NCBI GenBank assembly: GCA_016432425.1
Contig: CP066688.1
Span: forward strand, 642,619 to 706,618
Reading direction: 5' to 3'
From: Candidatus Daviesbacteria bacterium
Lineage (GTDB): Bacteria; Patescibacteriota; Microgenomatia; Daviesbacterales; UBA10151
DNA length: 64,000 bases
In this document: positions 48,303 to 56,583 of the stretch, piece by piece
Layout: each line of letters opens with the position of its first letter
Position numbering within the stretch: position 1 is the first letter of the stretch
Notes under the pieces: model-generated
Database searches by the model: none
Seen by the model: only the letters and a program-made list of their open reading frames with translations
What the model was told of the DNA's origin: nothing
Made by a program: the position numbers and the translations under genes

Positions 48303-48794
48303 ATGTCCAAAGGTTTTACTTTAATTGAATTATTGGTAGTAATCTCCATTATTGGGATTTTATCTTCAATTGGGATAGTCAGTTACTCTACTATTTTAAA
48401 AAACTCCCGTGATGCCAGAAGACAATCTGATATTAAAGCTATCCAATCAGCTCTTGAGCAATACCGGGCTGACCACAGTTTTTATCCCACTAGTTTAAAT
48501 TTAAGTTCTCTTGCTACCATTGATTCTAATTCCGGCAATCCCAACCCTCAAACTAATAATATCAATGTATATTTAAATAATACTCCAGTAGAGCCCAGTT
48601 TAAATAGCAGCTACCCTTATCTCTACAGCGCCTTACCAGCTAATTGTAATAACATTGGTACCAAATGTAGTAGCTATTGTATCTATGCTAAACTGGAAAA
48701 TTCAGTCTCCAAGGCCAGCCAATGCAGCGACAAACCTTTTACTTGTAATGCCAACAGTTCCAATTGTTACACTCTCAAGGCGACTATCCCATGA
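48303..48794 (+). CDS. Type IV pilin paralog (Cys-rich C-terminus)
   Basis: MSKG/FTLIELLVVISIIGIL. It is preceded by the duplicated promoter-like repeat at 48265-48302. Confidence 0.8.
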   Translation: MSKGFTLIELLVVISIIGILSSIGIVSYSTILKNSRDARRQSDIKAIQSALEQYRADHSFYPTSLNLSSLATIDSNSGNPNPQTNNINVYLNNTPVEPSLNSSYPYLYSALPANCNNIGTKCSSYCIYAKLENSVSKASQCSDKPFTCNANSSNCYTLKATIP

Positions 48795-49309
48795 ACAAGG
48801 GCTATACTTTAGTTGAACTGCTGGTAGTGATGACAATTTTGTCCTTAATTGGATTAACTAGTTTTATCAATCTGGGTAATTTCCGGGAAGACAAATTGCT
48901 TGATACCAGTTTAACTAATTTACAATCTTTAATCAGAAAGGCTCAATCTGATGCCAGCACCGGCCTGCGCTGTTCCGGGGTCGGTGGAGCCACCTGGTCT
49001 GTTGAATTTAAAGATCGCAAAAGCATTAATTTAAATTGCAAAGCCGCCAGCCAACAAAATGCTACCACTGTTTCAGTACTTTCTTTGGGGGGAGATATCC
49101 AAATTCAGTCAATTAGTGGTGACAGCGGTTGCCAGAGTAGCTTCCCTGCCAATTCTGTGACTGTTAATTTATTGCCGGTGGCTGCGGGAATGACTTTTAT
49201 TGACCCCACCGCCAGTTGTATTAGTACCAGTAAAACATTGAATATTACCCTATCTGGCAAGACCGGAACCAGAACTGTTAATATTAATAAAGGAGGAAGT
49301 ATCAACTGA
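48791..49309 (+). CDS. Type IV pilin-like protein
   Basis: MNKG/YTLVELLVVMTIL. The start is set at the ATG overlapping the previous stop (ATGA overlap). Confidence 0.75.
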   Translation: MNKGYTLVELLVVMTILSLIGLTSFINLGNFREDKLLDTSLTNLQSLIRKAQSDASTGLRCSGVGGATWSVEFKDRKSINLNCKAASQQNATTVSVLSLGGDIQIQSISGDSGCQSSFPANSVTVNLLPVAAGMTFIDPTASCISTSKTLNITLSGKTGTRTVNINKGGSIN

Positions 49310-49341
49310 ATTTTAGACTTTTAAATGAGATTGGGCAAAGT

Positions 49342-49815
49342 TTGATGGAGGTGATTGTGGTGATTACAGTGGCTTCCCTGGTAGTGGGGGCGCTAACTTT
49401 TGCCACCATCTCTAGTTTGCGTAATGCCCAGTTTTCCAAAAACCAAACTCAATCAACCAAACTAGCTCAAGCGGGATTGGAAGCAGTTAGAAACATCCGC
49501 AGTAAAGATGGCACCGTCACTTTTACTTATGCCGGAGGTACGACTGCTAAATTTTCTGATTTGTGGGCTATTCCCGGAGGAATGAATTCATCCTGCAGCC
49601 CTTGTTATTTTAAACTTGATCATAATAACTTAACTTTAACTGGAGTGACCGCAGTGACTTTTGAAACTTTACCTGGTAATTTAGAAAGGCAAGTGCAAAT
49701 TTGGGATAAAGCTTCTTCTGCCAGTGTGGAAAAAACAATTTCCGTCATCGTGCGCTGGAGTGATTTTGCAGGCACGCATCAATCCCAACTGACCTCAATC
49801 CTGAGAAAAATATGA
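49342..49815 (+). CDS. Pilin-like protein with an uncertain start. The in-frame upstream sequence encodes ...NEIG/QSLMEVIVV without a canonical start codon.
   Basis: A hydrophobic N-terminus with Glu at +5 relative to an upstream Gly. An AGGAGG sits at 49291-49296. Confidence 0.55.
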   Translation: MMEVIVVITVASLVVGALTFATISSLRNAQFSKNQTQSTKLAQAGLEAVRNIRSKDGTVTFTYAGGTTAKFSDLWAIPGGMNSSCSPCYFKLDHNNLTLTGVTAVTFETLPGNLERQVQIWDKASSASVEKTISVIVRWSDFAGTHQSQLTSILRKI

Positions 49816-50378
49816 ATAAAAACGGGTTCACCTTGGTGGAAATTTTAGTAGTGATCGCAATTTTAACCGTGATGGGGGTAATTTTAAGTGAGATTTTTTT
49901 CCGCTCGGTTCGTGGTAGCGCTCAGGCAGAAATTATCTCCCGGATTAAACAAAATGGCCAGGCCGCCCTGGAAACCATGGATAAGACTTTAAGGAGCGCT
50001 GATGGGCTGGTGTGTGTGAGCAGTGATAATTCAGCAATTTTATTTGTCAAAAGTGGGGTTTATACCCGTTATACTTATACTGCTGCCACTTCTTCTGTCA
50101 ACGGCTCACTTTCAGTGGATTATCCTACTAGCGGGGATTGCAGCGCCCCCAAAGTTTCCGTGGCCTACTTAACTGACATTGGCAGCAGCGATCCTAAAAC
50201 CGGTGTTTCGATCTCTGGAACTTCTGGCAGCAGCGGAGTTTTTGTCCGTACTAAGCAAGCAGGAGTTAAAGATGTTGTGATGATCAGTTTTGATATTGGG
50301 GTGCCTTTAGGCTTACCTACTTATCTGAAGCAACGAATTGATCCCAGTAGTTTTCAAACTATAGTGGAACTGCGCTAA
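49812..50378 (+). CDS. Type IV pilin-like protein
   Basis: MNKNG/FTLVEILVVIAIL. Confidence 0.78.
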   Translation: MNKNGFTLVEILVVIAILTVMGVILSEIFFRSVRGSAQAEIISRIKQNGQAALETMDKTLRSADGLVCVSSDNSAILFVKSGVYTRYTYTAATSSVNGSLSVDYPTSGDCSAPKVSVAYLTDIGSSDPKTGVSISGTSGSSGVFVRTKQAGVKDVVMISFDIGVPLGLPTYLKQRIDPSSFQTIVELR

Positions 50379-50417
50379 CAATTGACAATGGACAATTGAC
50401 AATGGACAATTAAATTA

Positions 50418-51272
50418 ATGTCCAAATTCTTAAATGCCAGTGGCCAAATAGTTTTAATATTACTTTTAGTAATTACTGTCAGTCTCGGGATTGGTTTGGC
50501 AGTAATCCAGCGGTCTCTAACTGATATCTCTACTGCCTCGAATGTAGAGCTATCCTCCCGGGCTTTTTCTGCGGCAGAAGCAGGCATTGAGAGAGCTTTA
50601 AATGGGAATACTTCCGGAGTGACTGTGGGAGAAACCGGCAACAGCTCTTCTGCCACCCTGACTGACTCAGGCCTTTTGCCTTCTGCCAATCAAGCTTTAG
50701 AATACCCCCCTCTGTCTAAGGAAGATACTGCCCAATTTTGGTTAGCAGACCCCAACACTTTAAACGATTATTACACCCAAAACACCCTGGATATTTATTG
50801 GGGAACGCAAAATATTGCTGATCCTAATGACCGCCCGGCCTTAAGTTTAACCTTAATATATTTTTCTGGCGGCAAGTATCAAAGCAAAAAGTATTTTTTT
50901 GATCCTAATTCTACCCGTATCAGCACTAATGGTTTTAAAGCTCCGGACAATTGTAGCAATGTTTTAACTGCCATTACTACCAGCTACGGCAGCAACCGCA
51001 GTTTTTATTGCACTAGCAAAATTTCCAATTTACCTTCGGGACTAAAATTACTGCGGGCTAGATTTTTATATAACACTACTCCTCAGGCACTGGTAGTTAA
51101 GCCGACTGGCAGTTGTAATAATGGTTGCTCTCTTCCGCCTCAAGCCAGACTTTTTACCTCGGTAGGGATAGCCGGTAGCACTCAACGGGTATTGCAGCTT
51201 TTTAAATTGGACAAAACTGTGCCGCCATTTTTTGATTATGCAATTTTCACCGCAGGAGACTTAACTAAATAA
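50418..51272 (+). CDS. Minor-pilin-like / PilX-like protein with an N-terminal hydrophobic anchor
   Basis: MSKFLNASGQIVLILLLVITVSLGIGLAVIQ, in pilus-locus context. The same duplicated upstream repeat is present. Confidence 0.55.
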   Translation: MSKFLNASGQIVLILLLVITVSLGIGLAVIQRSLTDISTASNVELSSRAFSAAEAGIERALNGNTSGVTVGETGNSSSATLTDSGLLPSANQALEYPPLSKEDTAQFWLADPNTLNDYYTQNTLDIYWGTQNIADPNDRPALSLTLIYFSGGKYQSKKYFFDPNSTRISTNGFKAPDNCSNVLTAITTSYGSNRSFYCTSKISNLPSGLKLLRARFLYNTTPQALVVKPTGSCNNGCSLPPQARLFTSVGIAGSTQRVLQLFKLDKTVPPFFDYAIFTAGDLTK

Positions 51273-51273
51273 T

Positions 51274-52305
51274 ATGGCTAAAATTAGTATTGGACTGGAT
51301 ATCGGTTTCACCTCAATTAAAGTAGTGGCACTGGATTTGAGTGCCAAACTTCCTAAAGTAATTTCTTTTGGTTCAATTGTTTCCCCTCAGCCGGGTATTT
51401 CGTCCGAGGCAGATATTGAGTTAGAGGCAGTGGCCACAGCCATTAAAAACTTGCTCCAGGCAGCCAAAATTGAGGGTAACGAGGTGACTATTGCCTTACC
51501 TGAGTCAAAAATTTTTACCAGAGTAATAGATGACTTGCCGCCTTTAACTGATAAAGAACTCGCCTCAGCCATTACTTTTGCCGCGGAAGAATTTATTCCC
51601 CTACCGGTGAGTGAGCTTAGTTTAAATTATCAAGTTTTATCCCGGTCCAAAGAGAAAACTTCCAAAACAGTAGTTTTGGTGGTAGGCAGCCCCACCGGTC
51701 TCATTAACAAATATATTAAAGTTTTGAACCTAAGTAATTTAAAACCTAAAGCCATTGAAACTGAAATTATTGCTGCGGCCCGCTCCCTGGTGGGTAACAA
51801 TCCCCTTTCCCCTACTACTTTAATTTTACAAATGGGTGCCTCCACCACTGATTTTGCCGCGGTCTCTCATGGGATGATCTGGCAGACCCGTTCCATCGCT
51901 ACCGGCGGCTTGGCGCTGACCCGGGCCTTGGCAGCCCATTTAAATTTTGAGCTGCCCCAGGCAGAAGAGTATAAAAAAACTTATGGACTGGTGCAAGATG
52001 CACTGGCAGGTAAGGTATTTGAGGGCTTAAAACCGGTAGCTGATATTATTGTGGGTGAAACTCGGCGGGTGATCCAATCATATGAGACAAAATATCCCCA
52101 AGATAAAATTAAGCGGGTGATTCTTTCCGGTGGTGGTTCAAAATTGCCGGGGTTTGTCATCTATTTTGCCAACAATTTAGGGGTAGAAGTTCAAGACGGT
52201 GATCCCTGGGCAATGTTGGCTAAAGAACCGGCTCTGTCAGCCAAATTAGCTAGTGCCGGTTCACTCTACACAGTGGCAGTGGGGTTGGCTTTAAGGGAAC
52301 AGTAA
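51274..52305 (+). CDS. pilM: Type IV pilus assembly protein PilM (actin-like ATPase fold)
   Basis: ISIGLDIGFTSIKVVAL is the N-terminus, the protein is about 340 aa, and it is followed by pilN. Confidence 0.85.
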   Translation: MAKISIGLDIGFTSIKVVALDLSAKLPKVISFGSIVSPQPGISSEADIELEAVATAIKNLLQAAKIEGNEVTIALPESKIFTRVIDDLPPLTDKELASAITFAAEEFIPLPVSELSLNYQVLSRSKEKTSKTVVLVVGSPTGLINKYIKVLNLSNLKPKAIETEIIAAARSLVGNNPLSPTTLILQMGASTTDFAAVSHGMIWQTRSIATGGLALTRALAAHLNFELPQAEEYKKTYGLVQDALAGKVFEGLKPVADIIVGETRRVIQSYETKYPQDKIKRVILSGGGSKLPGFVIYFANNLGVEVQDGDPWAMLAKEPALSAKLASAGSLYTVAVGLALREQ

Positions 52306-52306
52306 T

Positions 52307-52855
52307 ATGGCTAAAAATCTTAGCATTAATTTATTGCCAGTTGAATATGCTCAAGTTTATGCCGCAGATGAGCGTTTCCGAAAAATCCAACGGATTGGTA
52401 TTAGTATTTTAGTACTGTTGATTTTTCTCTCTTCCACCACTTTCGCCCTGTCTTTATTGCAAAATTCTAATATTTTACAAGCTCAAGCTAAATTACAGGT
52501 AGAAGAAAGTGCCATTAATAAATTTAAGCCTCAAGAAGAGTCAGTGATACTGCTTAAAGATCGTTTAAACAGTCTGCAAAAACTTTCCACTGCTCCCTCT
52601 CAAAGTTCTGCGATGTACAGTTTAGTGGATGCTTTAATGTCTGCCTCAATCAGCCCGACATTGATCGTCACTGATACCTCAGGTAATCTCTCTTTAAGTT
52701 TAGCTACTACCAATAGCAGTGAGATAGATAATTTTATTGCCAGTTTAACTAATCCGCAAAAAAATCAAAACTTAGTTTCCAAAGTAGATGTAGAAAGTTT
52801 ATCCCGAGGCAAAGACGGATTATATAGGGTGAATTTAAAAATATTTAGTAAATGA
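52307..52855 (+). CDS. pilN: Type IV pilus assembly protein PilN
   Basis: INLLP at the N-terminus, a single TM, and coiled-coil. Confidence 0.75.
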   Translation: MAKNLSINLLPVEYAQVYAADERFRKIQRIGISILVLLIFLSSTTFALSLLQNSNILQAQAKLQVEESAINKFKPQEESVILLKDRLNSLQKLSTAPSQSSAMYSLVDALMSASISPTLIVTDTSGNLSLSLATTNSSEIDNFIASLTNPQKNQNLVSKVDVESLSRGKDGLYRVNLKIFSK

Positions 52856-52958
52856 CTAAACGATGGTTACTAAATATTAGGAAGAGGTCGAACTAGACTT
52901 TTCGTGAGAGAAAACTAAATAGCAAATTATAGTTTATTCAGAAAAGTCTAAGAAGAAT

Positions 52959-53678
52959 ATGGAATTTGATAAAGAAGAAATTTTAAAATTTTATACTCAA
53001 AATAAGCTGGTAATTTTTCCGGCATTAGTCATTATTTCCAGTTTGTTGATTATGATACTGGTAGTTTACCCTACTTTATCAGGGCTACTTTCCAGCAACC
53101 AAAAATTAAATGACCTGCACAATAAATCTCAGGTCTTGACTGCCAAAGCCGCGGAGCTGGCCAGCTTAAACCAAACAGAGCTAAACAATAATTTGCGAGT
53201 TTCTACTTCAGCTTTGCCTACTGACCAAGATTATGCCAGTGCCTTTGGGACAATACAATCTCTGTCTGCTATGAGTGCTTATAGTATTACCTCAGTACAA
53301 ATTGTCCCCAATTTACCAGCGGGATTTCCCTCTAAAATCCCCGGTTTTACCCTAAAAGTAGAGATGTTGGGTTCCAGGGCTACTTTAAATACTTTTCTTT
53401 CTGCTTTAGAAAGTTCTCCCAGGGTAATGAAGGTAGCGGGATTTGAGGTGAACCCTGCCAAAACCGGCAATACCATTAATGTAGTTGTTAATATTGCGGT
53501 ATTTTATTCCCCCAGCCCGCGCAGTTTAGGTAGTGCAGATGTTCCTCTCCCCTCAATAACCAGTGAGGATAAGGCTGTGATTGCTAATTTAGCTAAAGCT
53601 AATACCATTATTAATCAAGGATTGGGTGAGCCTCTGGAAACTTATGTTTCCAAGGGCAAATCAGATCCGTTTAATTAA
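52959..53678 (+). CDS. pilO: PilO-like pilus assembly protein
   Basis: An N-terminal TM plus coiled-coil, and its position after pilN. Confidence 0.55.
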   Translation: MEFDKEEILKFYTQNKLVIFPALVIISSLLIMILVVYPTLSGLLSSNQKLNDLHNKSQVLTAKAAELASLNQTELNNNLRVSTSALPTDQDYASAFGTIQSLSAMSAYSITSVQIVPNLPAGFPSKIPGFTLKVEMLGSRATLNTFLSALESSPRVMKVAGFEVNPAKTGNTINVVVNIAVFYSPSPRSLGSADVPLPSITSEDKAVIANLAKANTIINQGLGEPLETYVSKGKSDPFN

Positions 53679-53682
53679 GAGT

Positions 53683-54354
53683 TCATCTCAATAAATCCGG
53701 TCTTACTTTTTTAGTTTTCTCTAGAGATTTTTCCTTGCGCCATTTTTCGATCTCAGCATGATGCCCGGATAGGAGAACTGCCGGGACTTTTTCTCCTTCA
53801 AATTCTTCCGGCCTGGTATATTGGGGATACTCTATCAAATTCTTGGTAAAGGATTCATTAATAGTAGCTTCTTCTTCTAAAACTCCGGGAACGAGTCTGG
53901 TGACAGAATCCACAATAACCATGGCAGGAATTTCTCCCCCGGTTAAAACATAATCTCCAATGGAAATTTCCAGATCGATATATTTATCAATGAAGCGTTG
54001 GTCCACGCCTTCGTAATGACCACAAATAATGACCAGGTGATCAAGTCGGGAAAATTTTTGAGCCGTAGCTTGTTTGTAAGGAGTGCCGGAGGCTGAGGTT
54101 AAAATAACTTTTGCTTTTTGGTTTTTGCCTCTTACTTTTTTTAACGCAGCTGAAAGAATATCTGCTCTCAGGATCATCCCTTTTCCTCCACCGTAAACTC
54201 GGCCATCCACTGTTTTTCTCTGACCCTGCCCAAAATCCCTTAAATTTACCACTTCAAATGCTACTAAGCCTTTCTTGCTAGCTTTACGCAGCATAGAGGA
54301 ATTTAGGATGTCAGTAAAAACTTCTGGGAAGAGGGTGATGATAGAAATCTTCAT
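53683..54354 (-). CDS. trmD: tRNA (guanine37-N1)-methyltransferase TrmD
   Basis: MKISIITLFPEVF at the N-terminus, and SPOUT motifs GGGKGMIL / GHYEGVDQR. Confidence 0.92.
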   Translation of the reverse strand: MKISIITLFPEVFTDILNSSMLRKASKKGLVAFEVVNLRDFGQGQRKTVDGRVYGGGKGMILRADILSAALKKVRGKNQKAKVILTSASGTPYKQATAQKFSRLDHLVIICGHYEGVDQRFIDKYIDLEISIGDYVLTGGEIPAMVIVDSVTRLVPGVLEEEATINESFTKNLIEYPQYTRPEEFEGEKVPAVLLSGHHAEIEKWRKEKSLEKTKKVRPDLLR

Positions 54355-54390
54355 AAGAATATTATTATTGTCATTCTGAGCTGTGCTCCT

Positions 54391-54657
54391 TTAGGATGAC
54401 ACAGCGGGGTTTGCCGACTCGCTAAGTTGTAAATTTACTCTAACATTTTCGGCAATGGCCCGGACAGTAAGTAATTTCCGGATGGCTCTAATGGTTTGTC
54501 CGCCTTTGCCAATAACCATCCCCATATCAGTTGAATCTACTGTTAAAATAAGGGTGACATTACTACCCTCATTTTGCTCCTCAATAGAGACAGCCTCTGG
54601 TTTGGAAACTAAATTAGTGACAATGTAATTAAGCAGATCCTTCATTTTTTTCTTCAC
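54391..54657 (-). CDS. KH-domain RNA-binding protein (YlqC/UPF0109 family)
   Basis: MGMVIGKGGQTIRAIR is the KH GxxG loop. It lies between rpsP and trmD as in many bacteria. Confidence 0.8.
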   Translation of the reverse strand: MKKKMKDLLNYIVTNLVSKPEAVSIEEQNEGSNVTLILTVDSTDMGMVIGKGGQTIRAIRKLLTVRAIAENVRVNLQLSESANPAVSS

Positions 54658-55063
54658 CCTCCTCCGAAGTGTTTGCTGGGGTAGTTTCTTTTATAGGAGT
54701 CTCAATTGGAGCTTCGTTAGCTTCACTAGTTGGCTGTTCTTCTACTGGTTGTTCAGATTTTTCTTCTGTTGAAGTAACTACGGGAGTTGGTGCTTCTTTA
54801 TTTTCTTTCTTAGGTTTTCTAGCCGGCCGCTGCGGAGCTTTACCCACCATTCGCAAATATCCATCAGACATTTGCGCCCCTTGTTTGGTCCAATGGTCGA
54901 TTCGGTCCTGTTTTAAGTTAATTTCATGAGGCTCTGTTAAGGGGTTATAAGTACCCAAAAGCTCCAAATACTCTCCGCTTCTTTTACTGCGTTCATCAAT
55001 AACTACGACCCGGTAAAAAGGTCGTTTCTTGGCCCCAATTCTCATTAAACGGATCTTAAGCAT
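54629..55063 (-). CDS. rpsP: 30S ribosomal protein S16 with an acidic/Lys-rich C-terminal extension
   Basis: MLKIRLMRIGAKKRPFYRVVVIDERSKRSGEYLELLGTYNP. The start is set at the internal ATG at 55063. Confidence 0.88.
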   Translation of the reverse strand: MLKIRLMRIGAKKRPFYRVVVIDERSKRSGEYLELLGTYNPLTEPHEINLKQDRIDHWTKQGAQMSDGYLRMVGKAPQRPARKPKKENKEAPTPVVTSTEEKSEQPVEEQPTSEANEAPIETPIKETTPANTSEEGEEKNEGSA

Positions 55064-55108
55064 GGAGTTAAGTATATCTGAAAGCCAGCTGAGCGTCAAC
55101 CGCAAAAG

Positions 55109-55771
55109 TTATTTTGATTTTTCTAAGGCTTCTTTGGCTGCTTGTTCTTCTGCTTCTTGTTTGCTGGATCCGCTGCCTTTGCCTAACTGTTTCTCCTTTA
55201 CAAAAACCCCTACTGTAAACTTTCTGGCATGGTCTGGGCCGGTGGTGGCCAGGATTTTATATATGGGAGAGACTTTTTGTTTAGTTTGTACTACTTCTTG
55301 CAGTAAGGATTTATCATCTTTGGGCGGCCCGCTTTTTAGCTCTTCTTCAAATAAACTAAAAAGTGTTTCCTCCACAAATTTTCGGGCTGTTTCAATCCCC
55401 TGGTCCAAAAACAAAGCCCCCAGATATGCTTCATAAGTATTGGCTAGAAGTTGAGTATTATTTCTGCCTCCGGAGGTCTCCTCTCCTTTGGAAAGATAAA
55501 GTTTCTCCCCCAGTTTCAGATTTTTGGCAGCTTTGGCTAGACTTTCAGTTTTGACCATGTAAGAGCGTAAGTTTGTTAAATCCCCTTCTTCATCAGAAAC
55601 TCTCAATTTAAAAATATGTGTTGAGACTATAAAAGATAAAATGGCATCCCCTAAAAATTCCAGGCGTTCGTTAGAAGGTAGCGCCTCTTTGGATTCATTT
55701 AAATAGGAGCGATGGGTAAAAGCTTCTTTGGCTAAATTAGGATTATTAAATTTAATGCTGCTCCAGTTCAT
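55109..55771 (-). CDS. rnc: Ribonuclease III
   Basis: ERLEFLGDAIL is the RNase III signature, and a C-terminal dsRBD is present. Confidence 0.92.
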   Translation of the reverse strand: MNWSSIKFNNPNLAKEAFTHRSYLNESKEALPSNERLEFLGDAILSFIVSTHIFKLRVSDEEGDLTNLRSYMVKTESLAKAAKNLKLGEKLYLSKGEETSGGRNNTQLLANTYEAYLGALFLDQGIETARKFVEETLFSLFEEELKSGPPKDDKSLLQEVVQTKQKVSPIYKILATTGPDHARKFTVGVFVKEKQLGKGSGSSKQEAEEQAAKEALEKSK

Positions 55772-55774
55772 ACC

Positions 55775-56008
55775 TTAATCAATCATGTTATCCTCGACCA
55801 ATATAATTAGGTCATTAACTGTATCCAGCTCTTTGATATCTTCCGAGTCAAAGGCGATGTTAAATCTTTTTGAGAGGTCAGAGAGTAAATCGTTTAACTC
55901 AAGGGGGCCCAAATTTAAATCCTGCCTCAAGGAGGCAGTTTTATCAATATCCTCTGGGGACAACCCCAAATGTTCGGCAATAGCTTGAATAATTTCCGGC
56001 TGGCTCAT
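55775..56008 (-). CDS. Acyl-carrier-protein-like 4-helix protein lacking the conserved phosphopantetheine Ser
   Basis: Size, acidity and position upstream of rnc match acpP. The DSL motif is replaced: ...QDLNLGPLELNDLL where ...EDLGADSLDTVELV is expected. Confidence 0.55.
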   Translation of the reverse strand: MSQPEIIQAIAEHLGLSPEDIDKTASLRQDLNLGPLELNDLLSDLSKRFNIAFDSEDIKELDTVNDLIILVEDNMID

Positions 56009-56370
56009 ACGATGATTTTTTCCTCTTCAATTAGTTTACCTAAAACACCATTCACAAATCCAGGACTGGACTCACTACCATATTGTTTACCAAGTTCGAC
56101 TGCTTCGTCAACTACCACTTTTGGGGGGATGTCCTTTTTGTACATTAATTCAAAGAAGCTTAAACGTAAAATACTTAAATCAATTTTGTTAATTTGTCGC
56201 AAAGGCCACTGGGGAGCGCATTTTTCCACTAATTTATCAATTTCCGGTAAATGTTTAATAATTTCTGCTGCAGTACTGCTGGGTCTGTTTTTGTGGGTAA
56301 AGTCAAAGGTAAACAACTCCTGCATTAACTTGACTCTTTTTAGGTGCCTCGGGTCAGTTTTACTTTTCAT
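56005..56370 (-). CDS. nusB: Transcription antitermination factor NusB
   Basis: R..LMQELF at the N-terminus and an all-helical 121-aa protein. Confidence 0.75.
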   Translation of the reverse strand: MKSKTDPRHLKRVKLMQELFTFDFTHKNRPSSTAAEIIKHLPEIDKLVEKCAPQWPLRQINKIDLSILRLSFFELMYKKDIPPKVVVDEAVELGKQYGSESSPGFVNGVLGKLIEEEKIIV

Positions 56371-56380
56371 CAGAGTAAAT

Positions 56381-56578
56381 TTAAACTTTGGTTATTTGGA
56401 CTTTTGAAGCTTGGACTGTTTTGCCTTTGTAAAACCCACAATTCTTGCAAGCGATATGAGGCAGCAAAGGTTTGCCACAATTTGGGCATGAGATTAAAGC
56501 AGTGTTTTTTAACATAATTGCTGCTCGTCTAGTTCTTTTTCTGGACTTTGAATGTCGACGCTTAGGTTCCTGAGCCAT
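56381..56578 (-). CDS. rpmF: 50S ribosomal protein L32 (zinc-ribbon type)
   Basis: MAQEPKRRHSKSRKRTRRA...CPNCGKPLLPHIACKNCGFYKG. Confidence 0.85.
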   Translation of the reverse strand: MAQEPKRRHSKSRKRTRRAAIMLKNTALISCPNCGKPLLPHIACKNCGFYKGKTVQASKVQITKV

Positions 56579-56583
56579 AATTT

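Noticed and set aside
54361-54400. Apparent inverted repeats (TGTCAT...GCTGTG...ATGACA...CACAGC) between trmD and the KH gene as a terminator
   Set aside because: The paired segments are interleaved rather than nested, and there is no T-tract. They probably just encode the KH protein C-terminus and its stop context.
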